Shown: positions 9,633 to 20,468, counted from the stretch's first letter. The stretch: 64,000 nt of DNA from an uncultured Bordetella sp. (GCA_964531455.1 CAZHFZ010000010.1:8806-72805), one strand, 5' to 3'. A program made the numbers and translations. The notes: generated from the letters alone by a model not told the origin.

Positions 9633-10061
9633 ATGGCGAATGTAACCCGCTTTAATCCGTTTGACGATTCGTTCGATGAACTGCTGCGTGGCTTTTTTGT
9701 GCGGCCGATGGCATTTGAAGGCACGCCCCAGGCGGCGCAACCGATCCGCATCGATGTCCGTGAAGACGAGAACGCCTATACGGTGCATGCCGAGATTCCC
9801 GGCGTGAAAAAGGAAGACATCCACGTCACCATCGACAACGAGCAAGTCGCGATCAGTGCCGAGACCCGCAGCGAGCGGGAGGTCAAGGATGGCGAGCGCG
9901 TGCTGCGCGCCGAGCGCCACTACGGCAAGGTCTATCGCGCATTCACATTGGCCCAGGCGGTCGATGAAGAGAAGTCGGCGGCACGCTATAACGACGGCGT
10001 GCTGGAACTGACGCTGCCGAAAAAGACGGCTGCCGCAAGCAAGCGTCTGACCATCAACTAA
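9633..10061 (+). CDS. Hsp20/alpha-crystallin small heat-shock protein
   Basis: ATG 9633 follows an AAGGAGA SD. Alpha-crystallin domain (YTVHAEIPGVKKEDIHVTIDN .. GVLELTLPK). The 8811 start in the track is an artefactual extension. Confidence 0.9.
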   Translation: MANVTRFNPFDDSFDELLRGFFVRPMAFEGTPQAAQPIRIDVREDENAYTVHAEIPGVKKEDIHVTIDNEQVAISAETRSEREVKDGERVLRAERHYGKVYRAFTLAQAVDEEKSAARYNDGVLELTLPKKTAAASKRLTIN

Positions 10062-10113
10062 CCGGCGATCCGGAAAGCGGCACGCCCGGCACCCACCCCC
10101 GGCGTTCGCCGCA

Positions 10114-10148
10114 GGGAGGCAGGTCGAAAGACCTGCCTCCCTTTTTTT
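10114..10148 (+). terminator. Rho-independent terminator after hsp20
   Basis: Perfect 12-bp stem GGGAGGCAGGTC/GACCTGCCTCCC, a GAAA loop and a T7 tail. Confidence 0.8.
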
Positions 10149-10164
10149 GGCTCAGGTAGAATGA

Positions 10165-11103
<939 letters not shown>

Positions 11104-11119
11104 CCGGGCCGGAGTGGGC

Positions 11120-11764
11120 ATGAGCAGCAATGTGGCGTGGATTTTCGACCTCGACAACACGCTGCACAACGCAACGCCGCATATCTTTCCGCACATCAAC
11201 CGGGCGATGACTGCCTACCTGCAGCAGCATTTGCAACTGGATGAGGCCGCTGCCGGCGCGCTGCGCAAAGACTACTGGCTGCGTTACGGTGCCACCCTGC
11301 TCGGCCTGATCAAGCATCACAAAACCGATCCGGCACATTTCCTCTGGCACACCCACCAGTTTCCCGATTTGAAGCGCATGGTCGTGCCGGAGCCGCAATT
11401 GCGTCACGTATTGCAGCGCCTGCGCGGCCGCAAGTATGTGTTTTCCAATGCGCCCGTCCACTACGCCCGGGCGGTGTTGAGTGTGCTCGGAATCAGCGAC
11501 CTGTTCGAAACGGTGTTTTCGATTGAAACCGCGCGCTTCCGCCCGAAACCCGATGCCTACGGTTTCCTGCGTTTGTGCCGTGCTCATCACCTGCGGCCGC
11601 GGCGCTGTATCATGGTCGAAGACTCGCTGGAGAACCTGCGTACCGCAAAACGGCTGGGGATGAAGACCGTATGGGTGTCGCAGGCGGAGCGGGCGCCCGG
11701 CTATGTCGACAGGCGCATTACCGGAATTACCGATCTTTCCATTCACGCAGCATCACTGTACTGA
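11120..11764 (+). CDS. HAD-superfamily pyrimidine 5'-nucleotidase-like hydrolase
   Basis: HAD motif I, IFDLDNTLH, with later SNAP and VEDS motifs. Confidence 0.7.
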   Translation: MSSNVAWIFDLDNTLHNATPHIFPHINRAMTAYLQQHLQLDEAAAGALRKDYWLRYGATLLGLIKHHKTDPAHFLWHTHQFPDLKRMVVPEPQLRHVLQRLRGRKYVFSNAPVHYARAVLSVLGISDLFETVFSIETARFRPKPDAYGFLRLCRAHHLRPRRCIMVEDSLENLRTAKRLGMKTVWVSQAERAPGYVDRRITGITDLSIHAASLY

Positions 11765-11771
11765 GGACGGC

Positions 11772-12356
11772 ATGGCACGTAGCGGAGAACGCAAGACCCA
11801 GATTCTGCAAACGCTTGCCCAGATGCTTGAAGGCCCTGCGGCCGAGCGCATCACCACTGCGGCGCTTGCGGCGCGCATCGGTGTTTCGGAAGCGGCGCTT
11901 TACCGCCATTTCAAGGGCAAGGCCGACATGTTTGCCGGTCTGATCGACTTTGTCGAAGACACGCTTTTTACGCTGATCAACAGAATCACCAGCGACGAGC
12001 AGAGCGGGCTGCGCCAGGCGGAAGCGATCATTGGCATGCTGCTGGGTTTTTCGCAAAAGAACCGCGGCATGACGAGGGTGTTGATCGGCGACGCGCTGGT
12101 CACCGAGGATGATGCTCTGCAGGCGCGAATCAACCAGATACACGACCGGCTTGAGGCTGCACTGAAGCAGGCGTTGCGTTTTGCCGCGACCCGCGGCGAA
12201 ATTGCTGCTGACGTCGATCCGGCGGCACAGGCCAATCTATTGATGAGTTTTGTTGCCGGCCGCTGGCATCAGTATGCCAAAAGCGGATTCCGTCGCGATC
12301 CGGTGGAGTATTGGCAGCAGCAATGGAAGCAGTTAACCGCGGGCATAATCATCTAG
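11772..12356 (+). CDS. slmA: Nucleoid occlusion factor SlmA (TetR family)
   Basis: The HTH ITTAALAARIGVSEAALYRHF closely parallels E. coli SlmA, and the similarity runs collinearly along the whole length. Start at ATG 11772. Confidence 0.8.
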   Translation: MARSGERKTQILQTLAQMLEGPAAERITTAALAARIGVSEAALYRHFKGKADMFAGLIDFVEDTLFTLINRITSDEQSGLRQAEAIIGMLLGFSQKNRGMTRVLIGDALVTEDDALQARINQIHDRLEAALKQALRFAATRGEIAADVDPAAQANLLMSFVAGRWHQYAKSGFRRDPVEYWQQQWKQLTAGIII

Positions 12357-12384
12357 CCGCTCAATTTGTAACGGAGATCCATTC

Positions 12385-12729
12385 ATGTCACAGATCACTA
12401 CACAGCAACTGGCGCAATTGATGCTCGGCATCGCCCGATCGCAGCTTGCGGTGGTCGATTCCATTGAAAACATGAAGGCGGGATTCAAATTCACCCATGT
12501 GCGGCCAACGCTGGAAACCGCGTCGCGCATCCGCTCCAATCATGCTGAAACGCTGGCGGATTTTCCGGCACGGCTTTTGTTGCAGATGCTGGGTCGCAAC
12601 GCTCCCGATTTGGAGCGTGTTGCCCGTGAACTTGAACACCTGATCAGCGGAGAGAGCACGACGCCCTCGCGCGAGGCGTTGGCGGAAGAAACGGCACCAC
12701 GGGCGCCGGATTCCCTGGATATGACCTGA
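12385..12729 (+). CDS. Hypothetical protein (114 aa)
   Basis: ORF with an SD-like GGAG upstream. No family recognised. Confidence 0.4.
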   Translation: MSQITTQQLAQLMLGIARSQLAVVDSIENMKAGFKFTHVRPTLETASRIRSNHAETLADFPARLLLQMLGRNAPDLERVARELEHLISGESTTPSREALAEETAPRAPDSLDMT

Positions 12730-12756
12730 TTTTTGCGGGGGCGTGAAAGTGCGTGT

Positions 12757-13506
12757 TTATCGCCCGCTGCACACCGCACAGTCCGGATCGCGCTGAAGTT
12801 TTACGGTCCGGACATCCATCGTCAGCGCATCAAGCAGCAGTAGCCGTCCGCTCAAGGATTCTCCGGCGCCCGACAGCAGTTTCAGTGTTTCGGCGGCTTG
12901 CATTGCGCCGATGACGCCGACCACCGGGGCAAATACCCCCATGACCGCGCAGCGCATCTCTTCAGTTTCCCCTTCTTCCGGAAACAGGCAGGCATAGCAG
13001 GGTGACTGCGCGCTGCGCAGATCGAACACGGCAAGCTGACCGTCGAAACGGATGCCGGCGCCCGATACCAGTGGTTTGCGCGCGGCGACGCAGGCGCGGT
13101 TGACCGCATGACGTGTCGCGAAATTGTCGCTGCCATCGAGCACGATGTCTGCTGTGGCAACCAGTTGTGCAAGTCGTGTGCCGTCGACGCGCTCGCCGAC
13201 CGTCTTGATGCTGACCCGGGGATTGATTGCTTTCAGGGTATCCCGGGCTGATTCGACCTTGGGCCGGCCGACTGCTGCTTCACGGTGCACGATTTGCCGC
13301 TGCAGATTGGTCAGGTCCACCACATCGCCGTCGCAAATGGTCAGCGTACCGACACCCGCCGATGCGAGATACAGCGCGGCCGGCGATCCGAGTCCGCCGG
13401 CACCGATCATCAGCACATGCGCGTCGAGCAGTCGCTGTTGGCCTTCAATGCCGATTTCTGGCAGCAGGATGTGGCGGCTGTAGCGCAGCAGTTGTTCGTC
13501 GTCCAT
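12757..13506 (-). CDS. moeB: Molybdopterin-synthase adenylyltransferase MoeB / ThiF-family E1-like enzyme
   Basis: IGAGGLGS Rossmann motif and two CxxC pairs (CYAC, CAVC). Confidence 0.8.
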   Translation of the reverse strand: MDDEQLLRYSRHILLPEIGIEGQQRLLDAHVLMIGAGGLGSPAALYLASAGVGTLTICDGDVVDLTNLQRQIVHREAAVGRPKVESARDTLKAINPRVSIKTVGERVDGTRLAQLVATADIVLDGSDNFATRHAVNRACVAARKPLVSGAGIRFDGQLAVFDLRSAQSPCYACLFPEEGETEEMRCAVMGVFAPVVGVIGAMQAAETLKLLSGAGESLSGRLLLLDALTMDVRTVKLQRDPDCAVCSGR

Positions 13507-13542
13507 GACGCCAGTCTCGTATTTTTGCGCGGCTGAAACAAC

Positions 13543-13565
13543 AACGCCCGGCGTTGCCGGGCGTT
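13543..13565 (-). terminator. Possible terminator hairpin downstream of the S41 protease gene
   Basis: 9-bp stem AACGCCCGG/CCGGGCGTT with a 5-nt loop. The tail on the minus strand is only moderately U-rich. Confidence 0.45.
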
Positions 13566-13583
13566 GGGCCGCAAAATCGGTAC

Positions 13584-15029
13584 TCAGTTGGGTTTTGAGA
13601 TGCCGCGGCTCTTCAGGAATGCAACAGCCTGGTTCAGTTCGTAGTCGTCAGGTGAAACAATTTCACCGGCTTCGCGCAGTGCGCGTAACTTCTCGCGTTC
13701 TTTTTCCCGGTCCTTCTCATCCGGTTCCTTCGGCCGCGCTGCCGGTGTGAATTTGTATTTCTCCGCTGCGCGTGCTGCGGCAACGGCCTTGTCCTCGGGT
13801 TTTTCCGTGGTCGCGGCTTCACCAAGGTGCTTGGTCAGGTCGGCCTCGCGCAGTTTTAACGTGCGGTCGGTTGCGCCGTCATCCAGCGGAATATCCGGCG
13901 TGATGCCCTTGGCCTGGATTGAACGGCCTTTGGGCGTGTAATAACGCGCGGTGGTGAGCTTGATCGCGGTGTTGTTCCCCAGCGGCAGGATGGTCTGCAC
14001 GGAACCTTTACCGAATGTCTGCTGGCCCATCACTACTGCGCGGTTATGGTCCTGCAACGCGCCTGCGACGATTTCCGAAGCGGAAGCCGAACCGCCGTTC
14101 ACCAGCACAACCATCGGCACGGTCTTGGCCTCGGGAGGCAGGCGTTTGAGGAAGTCTTCCTTGTTGCGGCCGCGCAGATAATGTTCCGGTGTCGCGTTGA
14201 GCTTCATCTTGGCTTCCTCGGTGCGGCCGTCGGTGTAGACCACCAACGCGTCTTTTGGCAGGAACGCTGCCGAGACCGCTACAGCACCATTGAGAAGGCC
14301 GCCGGGATCGTTGCGCAGGTCGAGGATCAGGCCTTTCATCGGGCCCTGGTTTTCCTTGAACATGCGCTCAATGGAACGCGCCATCGTGTCGCCGGTATGT
14401 TCCTGGAACTGCGAGACACGCACATAGGCATATCCCGGCTCCAGCAGTTTCGATTTGACGCTCTGGATTTTGATCACGGCACGGGTCAGCGTGATCACCA
14501 GCGGTTTGGTTTCCCCCTTGCGCACGATGGTGAGCACGATGGGCGTGTTGGGCTTGCCGCGCATGCGTTTCACGGCGTCGTTCAGCGTCATGCCTTTGAC
14601 CGAGGTGTCGTCGAGTTTGACGATCAGGTCGCCGGCCTTGATTCCGGCGCGTGAAGCGGGTGAATCGTCAATTGGCGAGACCACGCGAACGAAGCCGTCT
14701 TCCATGCCGACTTCGATGCCAAGGCCGCCAAATTCGCCCTGGGTGCCGACCTGCATTTCCTTGAAGGCTTCCTGGTCAAGATAGGCCGAGTGCGGATCGA
14801 GTCTGGTGAGCATGCCGTTGATCGCCTCGGTGATCAGTTTTTTGTCCTCGACAGGCTCGACATAATCACTTTTGACGCGACCGAAGACTTCGGTGAACGC
14901 GCGCAACTCTTCGATAGGCAGCGGTCCGGTAGCACCGCGCTGGGCGATCGCGGAGAAATTGAGGCTGATTGCCACGCCGATGACCACGCCACCAACGACT
15001 AGCCCTAACTGCTTGATTTTGCTGCGCAT
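13584..15029 (-). CDS. Carboxy-terminal processing protease (S41, CtpA/Prc-like)
   Basis: TM/signal anchor, a PDZ segment, the catalytic motif GGSASASEI and TFGKGSVQ. Confidence 0.9.
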   Translation of the reverse strand: MRSKIKQLGLVVGGVVIGVAISLNFSAIAQRGATGPLPIEELRAFTEVFGRVKSDYVEPVEDKKLITEAINGMLTRLDPHSAYLDQEAFKEMQVGTQGEFGGLGIEVGMEDGFVRVVSPIDDSPASRAGIKAGDLIVKLDDTSVKGMTLNDAVKRMRGKPNTPIVLTIVRKGETKPLVITLTRAVIKIQSVKSKLLEPGYAYVRVSQFQEHTGDTMARSIERMFKENQGPMKGLILDLRNDPGGLLNGAVAVSAAFLPKDALVVYTDGRTEEAKMKLNATPEHYLRGRNKEDFLKRLPPEAKTVPMVVLVNGGSASASEIVAGALQDHNRAVVMGQQTFGKGSVQTILPLGNNTAIKLTTARYYTPKGRSIQAKGITPDIPLDDGATDRTLKLREADLTKHLGEAATTEKPEDKAVAAARAAEKYKFTPAARPKEPDEKDREKEREKLRALREAGEIVSPDDYELNQAVAFLKSRGISKPN

Positions 15030-15065
15030 TTAAACTCCTGCCGAGGTCGGCAACTGATGTGACTG

Positions 15066-16274
15066 CTAACGTAGTTTGACCCAAGTGAGCGGGTCGAATG
15101 GCTTCCCTGCGTGACGCATCTCAAAGTATAGCCCCGATTCTGCATTGCCGCCGCTGTTGCCCACCGTGGCAATGGTGTCGCCGCCGCGGATGACTTCACC
15201 GACTTGTTTCAATAATGCTTCAGCATTGGCGTACAAGGTCATGTAGCTGTCTCCGTGATCAATGATCAGCAGATTGCCGAAGCCGCGCAGCCAGTCGGCG
15301 TAAACCACGCGGCCGCCCGCAACAGCTTTGACACCATCACCGGACTTGGCGGCAATGAATACGCCTTTCCAGGTAATTCCGCCGTCTGAACGTGGACTGC
15401 CAAACCGGCCTCCAAGTTCCCCGCGAACTGGTAATGCCAGCGTACCGCGCGTGGCGGCGAAAGCACCGCCTCCGGTATCTGCTGGCAAAGCTTCGTTGCG
15501 GGGACGGGGTTTGCCGCCGGAAGCCGGTTTTTGCGTCCGCTGCGGCTGTTGTTGCACCAGCCTGGATAATTGTTCGATCAGGCGGCCCAGCCGGTTCTCA
15601 TTATTCTGCATGACGCGGATTTGCTGCTGCTGGGCGCGGATGTCACGGGAAACCTTGGTCAACACGTCCGAGCGGGCGCGTTTTTCGCGTTCCAGGCGTT
15701 TTTTCTGCGCCGTCTGATCCTGGGCGATACGCGTTATGGCCGCGGTTTCTTCCGCAATTTCGCGGGTTAACCGGTCGAGCTCTGCAAGGTTGGTGCGCAA
15801 GCCGTCCACCAGCTGCGCACGGGCACGTGCAATGTAGGCGAGGTAGTGCAGCTGGCGCGCCATTTCATTGGGATTTTCCCGGGCCAGCACCAGCCGCAGT
15901 GCATCCGGTTCGCCTTGCTGGTATTGCCGGCGCAGCATGCGGCCTAGCAGTTCCTGTTGCGCCTGCATGCTTGACTTGGTTTCCTGGGAAGACTTGCGCA
16001 GCGAGCCGAGCTTGGCGCCAGCATCGCGCGCCTGACGATTCAGGTCGCGCAGTTCGCGGTTGGCTTCGGAGATGGCCTGTTCGGATTCGCGCAGCGCGTC
16101 TGAGGCTTCGCTTTTTGTTTCCTCGGCCGCAGCGAGTTTTTTCTGCATCGCCGAAATGCGCCCGCGCAGCTCCTGCAGCTCATCCTGGGCCTGTGTTGCC
16201 GTGGTTGCCGCCGCGCTGGCGATTGCCGGGGCGAACGCCAGCGCAAGGATCAATAAATGCGCAGTGCGGGTCAC
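15066..16274 (-). CDS. envC: Murein hydrolase activator EnvC-like (coiled coil + LytM/M23 domain)
   Basis: Signal peptide, a long Q/E/R-rich coiled coil, and a C-terminal LIIDHGDSYMTLYA M23 motif. 4-nt overlap with gpmI. Confidence 0.8.
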   Translation of the reverse strand: MTRTAHLLILALAFAPAIASAAATTATQAQDELQELRGRISAMQKKLAAAEETKSEASDALRESEQAISEANRELRDLNRQARDAGAKLGSLRKSSQETKSSMQAQQELLGRMLRRQYQQGEPDALRLVLARENPNEMARQLHYLAYIARARAQLVDGLRTNLAELDRLTREIAEETAAITRIAQDQTAQKKRLEREKRARSDVLTKVSRDIRAQQQQIRVMQNNENRLGRLIEQLSRLVQQQPQRTQKPASGGKPRPRNEALPADTGGGAFAATRGTLALPVRGELGGRFGSPRSDGGITWKGVFIAAKSGDGVKAVAGGRVVYADWLRGFGNLLIIDHGDSYMTLYANAEALLKQVGEVIRGGDTIATVGNSGGNAESGLYFEMRHAGKPFDPLTWVKLR

Positions 16275-17806
16275 GCAAACTCGAGAAGCGACCGTCCGGT
16301 CATCCCGGCGGGTTTGGGCAGGCCCATCATCGCCAGCAGCGTTGGGGCGACGTCCTGAAGTGCCCCACCCTCTGCGATACTGGCTTTGCGGCCGATGTAC
16401 AGCAGCGGCACCAGATTCAGCGTGTGCGCGGTGTGCGGCTGCTGCGACTCTGCGTCGCGCATGGTTTCAGCGTTGCCGTGGTCAGCGGTGATCAGTACTT
16501 CGCCGCCACATTCGCGCATGGCTTCGACGGCGCGGCCGATACATTCATCGAGCACTTCAATCGCACGGGTCGCAGCGTCAAGGTTGCCGGTGTGGCCGAC
16601 CATGTCGCCATTGGCAAAGTTGCAGATGATTGCGCTGTATTGGCGAGTTTTTATGGCGGCCACCAGCTTGTCGGTGACTTCGCGCGCGCTCATTTCCGGC
16701 TGCAGATCATAGGTCGCAACCTTGGGTGAAGGCACCATGATCCGGTCTTCCCCGGCGTACGGCGTTTCAACGCCGCCATTAAAAAAGTAAGTGACGTGGG
16801 CATACTTTTCAGTTTCGGCGATGCGCAGCTGCTTCAGCCCCTGCTTGGCGAGGTATTCGCCGAAGCCGTCGCGGATCTGCTGCGGTCCGAATGCGGCAGG
16901 AATCCGGGCGAAGTCCTCGCCGTAACTGGTCAGCGTGCAGTAATACCCGGGCTTCGGCGTGCGCTTGCGCGGGAAGCCGGAAAACCGGGCATCGGTCAGG
17001 GCGGTGGTCATCTGGCGCGCGCGATCAGAACGGAAATTCATGAAGATCACCGCATCGCCGTCTTGCATCGCGACCGGTTGTGCGCCTGCCGGCACGATGG
17101 CGGTGGCTTTAACGAATTCATCTGTTTCATTGCGCGCATACGCTGCGCGCAGGCCGGCCACTGCGTCCGGCGCGGTATATGCGCTTTCCCCAGCCGTAAT
17201 CAGGTCGTAGGCTGTCTGCACACGTTCCCAGCGCTGGTCGCGGTCCATTGCGAAATAACGGCCGCAGATTGATGCGATTCGCGCATTGCCCAATGCCCGG
17301 CACTTTTCCTCAAGCGCCTTCAGCGAAGCTTCGGCGCTTTGCGGGGGCGTGTCGCGACCGTCCAGGAATGCATGCACATATACTTTTTTCGCGCCGCCTT
17401 TGGCCGCGAGGTCGAGCAGAGCGTGTATCTGTGATTCGTGGCTGTGCACGCCGCCCGGGGACAGCAGACCGAGCACATGCAGTGCTCCGCTGCCGGCGGT
17501 CTTGATCAGTGTGCCGAGAACAGGATTGGTTGCGAATTCGCCGGTTTCGATCGCATGCTCGATCTTGGTGTAATCCTGATAAACCACGCGGCCGGCGCCG
17601 ATGTTCATGTGACCGACTTCGGAGTTGCCCATTTGCAGCGCCGGGAGCCCCACCCATTTTTCGGAGGCATCAATGATGGTGTGCGGGCAGGTTTTCCAAA
17701 GTACGTTCCAGTGCGGTTTGCGCGCCTGGCAGATGGCGTTGTCATCACAGGCTTCGCGGTGTCCGAAACCGTCAAGGATGATCAGCAGGGAGGGGGTTAT
17801 GTTCAT
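16271..17806 (-). CDS. gpmI: 2,3-bisphosphoglycerate-independent phosphoglycerate mutase
   Basis: LIILDGFG N-terminus and ITADHGNAE metal site. About 511 aa, full length. Confidence 0.95.
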   Translation of the reverse strand: MNITPSLLIILDGFGHREACDDNAICQARKPHWNVLWKTCPHTIIDASEKWVGLPALQMGNSEVGHMNIGAGRVVYQDYTKIEHAIETGEFATNPVLGTLIKTAGSGALHVLGLLSPGGVHSHESQIHALLDLAAKGGAKKVYVHAFLDGRDTPPQSAEASLKALEEKCRALGNARIASICGRYFAMDRDQRWERVQTAYDLITAGESAYTAPDAVAGLRAAYARNETDEFVKATAIVPAGAQPVAMQDGDAVIFMNFRSDRARQMTTALTDARFSGFPRKRTPKPGYYCTLTSYGEDFARIPAAFGPQQIRDGFGEYLAKQGLKQLRIAETEKYAHVTYFFNGGVETPYAGEDRIMVPSPKVATYDLQPEMSAREVTDKLVAAIKTRQYSAIICNFANGDMVGHTGNLDAATRAIEVLDECIGRAVEAMRECGGEVLITADHGNAETMRDAESQQPHTAHTLNLVPLLYIGRKASIAEGGALQDVAPTLLAMMGLPKPAGMTGRSLLEFA

Positions 17807-17889
17807 GATTTTAATGAATTATTCGGCATGCTCTGATAAAGTATAATTCTAATCCATTTCAACTGGCCTGAGTGCATCAGGGTGCCGAC

Positions 17890-18216
17890 ATGAACAATGC
17901 CGTTGCGTTGCGCGAACAATTGCTGAAAAAGCAGGAGCATATTGACCAGGCTTCGCGTGCCTTGAAGGCCATGGCGCATCCCTTGCGGTTAAAAATCCTT
18001 TGCATACTGGGTCCGGAAGAATTGAGTGTGCAGGAAATCGTCGACTGCGTCGGCACTTCCCAGAGCAACATTTCCCAGCATCTCGCCATCCTTCGCGAAA
18101 AGGGCGTGCTGCGTACCCGCAAGGATGCCAACCGGGTGTTTTACCGAATCGGCGACGAACGGATGCTGACACTGATCGGCATGATGCGTGACGTGTTCTG
18201 CGGCTCCGAAGACTGA
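17890..18216 (+). CDS. ArsR/SmtB-family winged-HTH regulator (no canonical metal site)
   Basis: The HTH is ELSVQEIVDCVGTSQSNISQHLAILREKGVL. It lacks the ELCVCDL motif. Alternative GTG start at 17872. Confidence 0.8.
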   Translation: MNNAVALREQLLKKQEHIDQASRALKAMAHPLRLKILCILGPEELSVQEIVDCVGTSQSNISQHLAILREKGVLRTRKDANRVFYRIGDERMLTLIGMMRDVFCGSED

Positions 18217-18264
18217 GGCGCCGCGCTGTTTTCCCCGCGCCGTGATGGCTTTCCGGCGCATTCC

Positions 18265-20022
18265 ATGACTGTTTCCAAAGTGCCTTTTTTTGCGCGCTTC
18301 GCCCTGTTGTGCACGGCGCTGCTGTGTGCGATACCGTTTCTCCAGCCCTATCACCGCAATCCGCTGACCGCGTTTTATTCGGAATGGTTTGCGATTGCGC
18401 TCGGCCTTGGCGTGGCGACGGTGTTGTTGAGTCGCAGGGCCTGGGCGCCGGCAGAGATGCCGTGGGTGGCACTGTCCCCGCTTGCACTGGCGCTGCTGCT
18501 GGTCGCGCATGGTTTGCTTGGATGGTCCCCGTATCTGGGTTCGGCTCTGAGCGCTGCGCTGGTGCTGATCTGGGCCGCGCTTTTGGTTGTGGCAGTCCGT
18601 GCGCTGGTCAGGCTCAGCAGTCTCCATGCAGTGCTCCAGATTGTTGCTGCCGGGATAGCGGTCGGCGCGCTGCTGAGTGCGCTGGTCGGTTGCCTGCAAC
18701 ACGCACAACTTGCGACGCTGGTTGATTCGCTGGTGGCACGAACTACAGGCGCTGCCATCTTCGGCAACCTGGCGCAGGCCAATCACTTCGCTTCGTATAC
18801 GGCTCTGGGGTTGCTGGCGCTGGCCTATCTGCATTTGCGCAGCCGCATCGGGCTCGTCGTGCTCGTACTGTCATCGGCGCCGATGCTGTTCGTGCTGGGG
18901 CTCTCCGGGTCCCGCACCGCTGCGCTGTACCTGCTGACGTCGTTTGCGCTTGCCGCATGGTTCCGGTGGCGCACCAATGATGAGGCCATGCGGCGACTGT
19001 TTCTCGTTTGCGCCTGTTATTTTTTTGGGTATTGCCTGATGCAGATTGGCGTGGGCGCGGGCTTGTTCCGTGTCGATGCGCGTTATTCAGTGACTGCAGT
19101 GGAAAGGATTGCCACCGGCGGGGCGAGCCTCAGCGACCGGATTTCATTGTGGCAATCCGCTTGGGCGATTTTTCTCGGCCAGCCACTGACGGGATCGGGT
19201 TGGGGCACGTTTGCCCTGCATACTTTTGAACGTGCCGGGGACGTTTTTCCGGCGGGTGGCTACCAGCTTTATCACAACGCGCACAACCTGGTGTTTCACC
19301 TGCTCGCAGAAACCGGCCTCGCCGGTATCGCCTGCGCGGGATTGCCCTTGCTCGCGGCAATCCGGTTTGGTTCCCTGCAAAGCGATACGCGTCCCGAGTT
19401 GTGGCTGATTGTTGCTGCGGCTGCTGTGCTCCTGCTGCACAGCCTGCTTGAATACCCGCTCTGGTATGCCTATTTTCTCGGCCTGGCAGCACTGCTGCTG
19501 GGGGTCGCGCCGTTGCGGGTGCACGCACTCAGGTTGTCCCGCTACTGGCAATGGATTGTGCTGGCAATGCTCTGTATCGGCGCGGTCAACCTGTCGGCGC
19601 TATGGCTGGACTATCGCCGTTTCGAGAGCCTGTTCCGGTCGCAGCACCATGCTCTTTATCCCCATCAAATTGCCGAGGTGATGATGCGCACCCATCAGAA
19701 CCTGCTGCTGCGGCCCTACGCTGAAGTCGCCATGGCATTGCCGATGACACTTGACGAGGCGGGGCTTGAACGGCAACTGTATATGAATGGCCGGGCGTTG
19801 CGTTTTGTTCCCGACGCAACACTGGTCTATCGCCAGGTGCTGTTGCTGGCGCTGGCGGACCGCCTGCCGGAAGCGCAGCAACTGCTTTTGCAGGCGCGGC
19901 ATGCCTATCCGGCGCCGCCGCCGGCGTTTGAAAGGGATCTGGCGCGACTCGCGCAGGCACAGCCGGCACGTTTCCGTCCTCTGTTAGAATCTGCACCTCG
20001 TCGCGCCGCGGCGCACCCTTGA
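18265..20022 (+). CDS. PglL-like O-oligosaccharyltransferase / O-antigen-ligase (Wzy_C) family membrane protein
   Basis: About 12 hydrophobic segments, the loop GSGWGTF...YHNAHNLVFHLLAETGLAG, and a ~150-aa C-terminal extension as in PglL/PilO-type enzymes. Confidence 0.7.
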   Translation: MTVSKVPFFARFALLCTALLCAIPFLQPYHRNPLTAFYSEWFAIALGLGVATVLLSRRAWAPAEMPWVALSPLALALLLVAHGLLGWSPYLGSALSAALVLIWAALLVVAVRALVRLSSLHAVLQIVAAGIAVGALLSALVGCLQHAQLATLVDSLVARTTGAAIFGNLAQANHFASYTALGLLALAYLHLRSRIGLVVLVLSSAPMLFVLGLSGSRTAALYLLTSFALAAWFRWRTNDEAMRRLFLVCACYFFGYCLMQIGVGAGLFRVDARYSVTAVERIATGGASLSDRISLWQSAWAIFLGQPLTGSGWGTFALHTFERAGDVFPAGGYQLYHNAHNLVFHLLAETGLAGIACAGLPLLAAIRFGSLQSDTRPELWLIVAAAAVLLLHSLLEYPLWYAYFLGLAALLLGVAPLRVHALRLSRYWQWIVLAMLCIGAVNLSALWLDYRRFESLFRSQHHALYPHQIAEVMMRTHQNLLLRPYAEVAMALPMTLDEAGLERQLYMNGRALRFVPDATLVYRQVLLLALADRLPEAQQLLLQARHAYPAPPPAFERDLARLAQAQPARFRPLLESAPRRAAAHP

Positions 20023-20033
20023 CCAGAGTATTG

Positions 20034-20468
20034 ATGGAATCCTTTTTCGCATATCTTCAGAAAAGCCCGTACAACATGATGTTGTTCGGCGGTGCCATTG
20101 CCAGCGGCGCGCTATTGCTGTGGCCCTTGCTGATGCGTCCGTTTCGCGCGGGCAGCGAAGTCAGCGCTTTTGAAGCCGTGCAGTTGATCAACCGCAAGGA
20201 CGCGGTGGTGATTGACGTGCGCGATATCGGCGAGTTCGAGGCCGGGCATGTTTCCGGTGCCAAACATGTTCCGGAGGCGCAGATTGCCGAGCGCATCAAG
20301 GAACTGGAGAAATTCAAGGATCGCCCGGTCATCATGATCTGCCGTTCAGGAGCGCGTTCAGGCTCTGCGGTGAAGATCCTGCGCAACAACGGATTCACCG
20401 AGGCGGTGAATCTGGGGGGCGGCATTGGCGCCTGGCAACAGGCCGGCATGCCGTTGCAGAAAAAATAA
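20034..20468 (+). CDS. Membrane-anchored rhodanese-domain sulfurtransferase
   Basis: N-terminal TM helix and the active-site loop CRSGARS. Confidence 0.8.
   Translation: MESFFAYLQKSPYNMMLFGGAIASGALLLWPLLMRPFRAGSEVSAFEAVQLINRKDAVVIDVRDIGEFEAGHVSGAKHVPEAQIAERIKELEKFKDRPVIMICRSGARSGSAVKILRNNGFTEAVNLGGGIGAWQQAGMPLQKK

Noticed and set aside
15827-16729. 300-aa plus-strand ORF across the envC/gpmI junction
   Set aside because: It is antisense to two well-supported genes and its translation is a Pro/Arg/Ala-rich artefact.
18284-18290. T7 homopolymer tracts near the 5' ends of the pglL-like gene (18284..18290) and mshG (25061..25067), considered as phase-variation switches
   Set aside because: Seven residues is short for slipped-strand switching, and both tracts simply encode Pro-Phe-Phe. 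No longer tracts occur in the locus.
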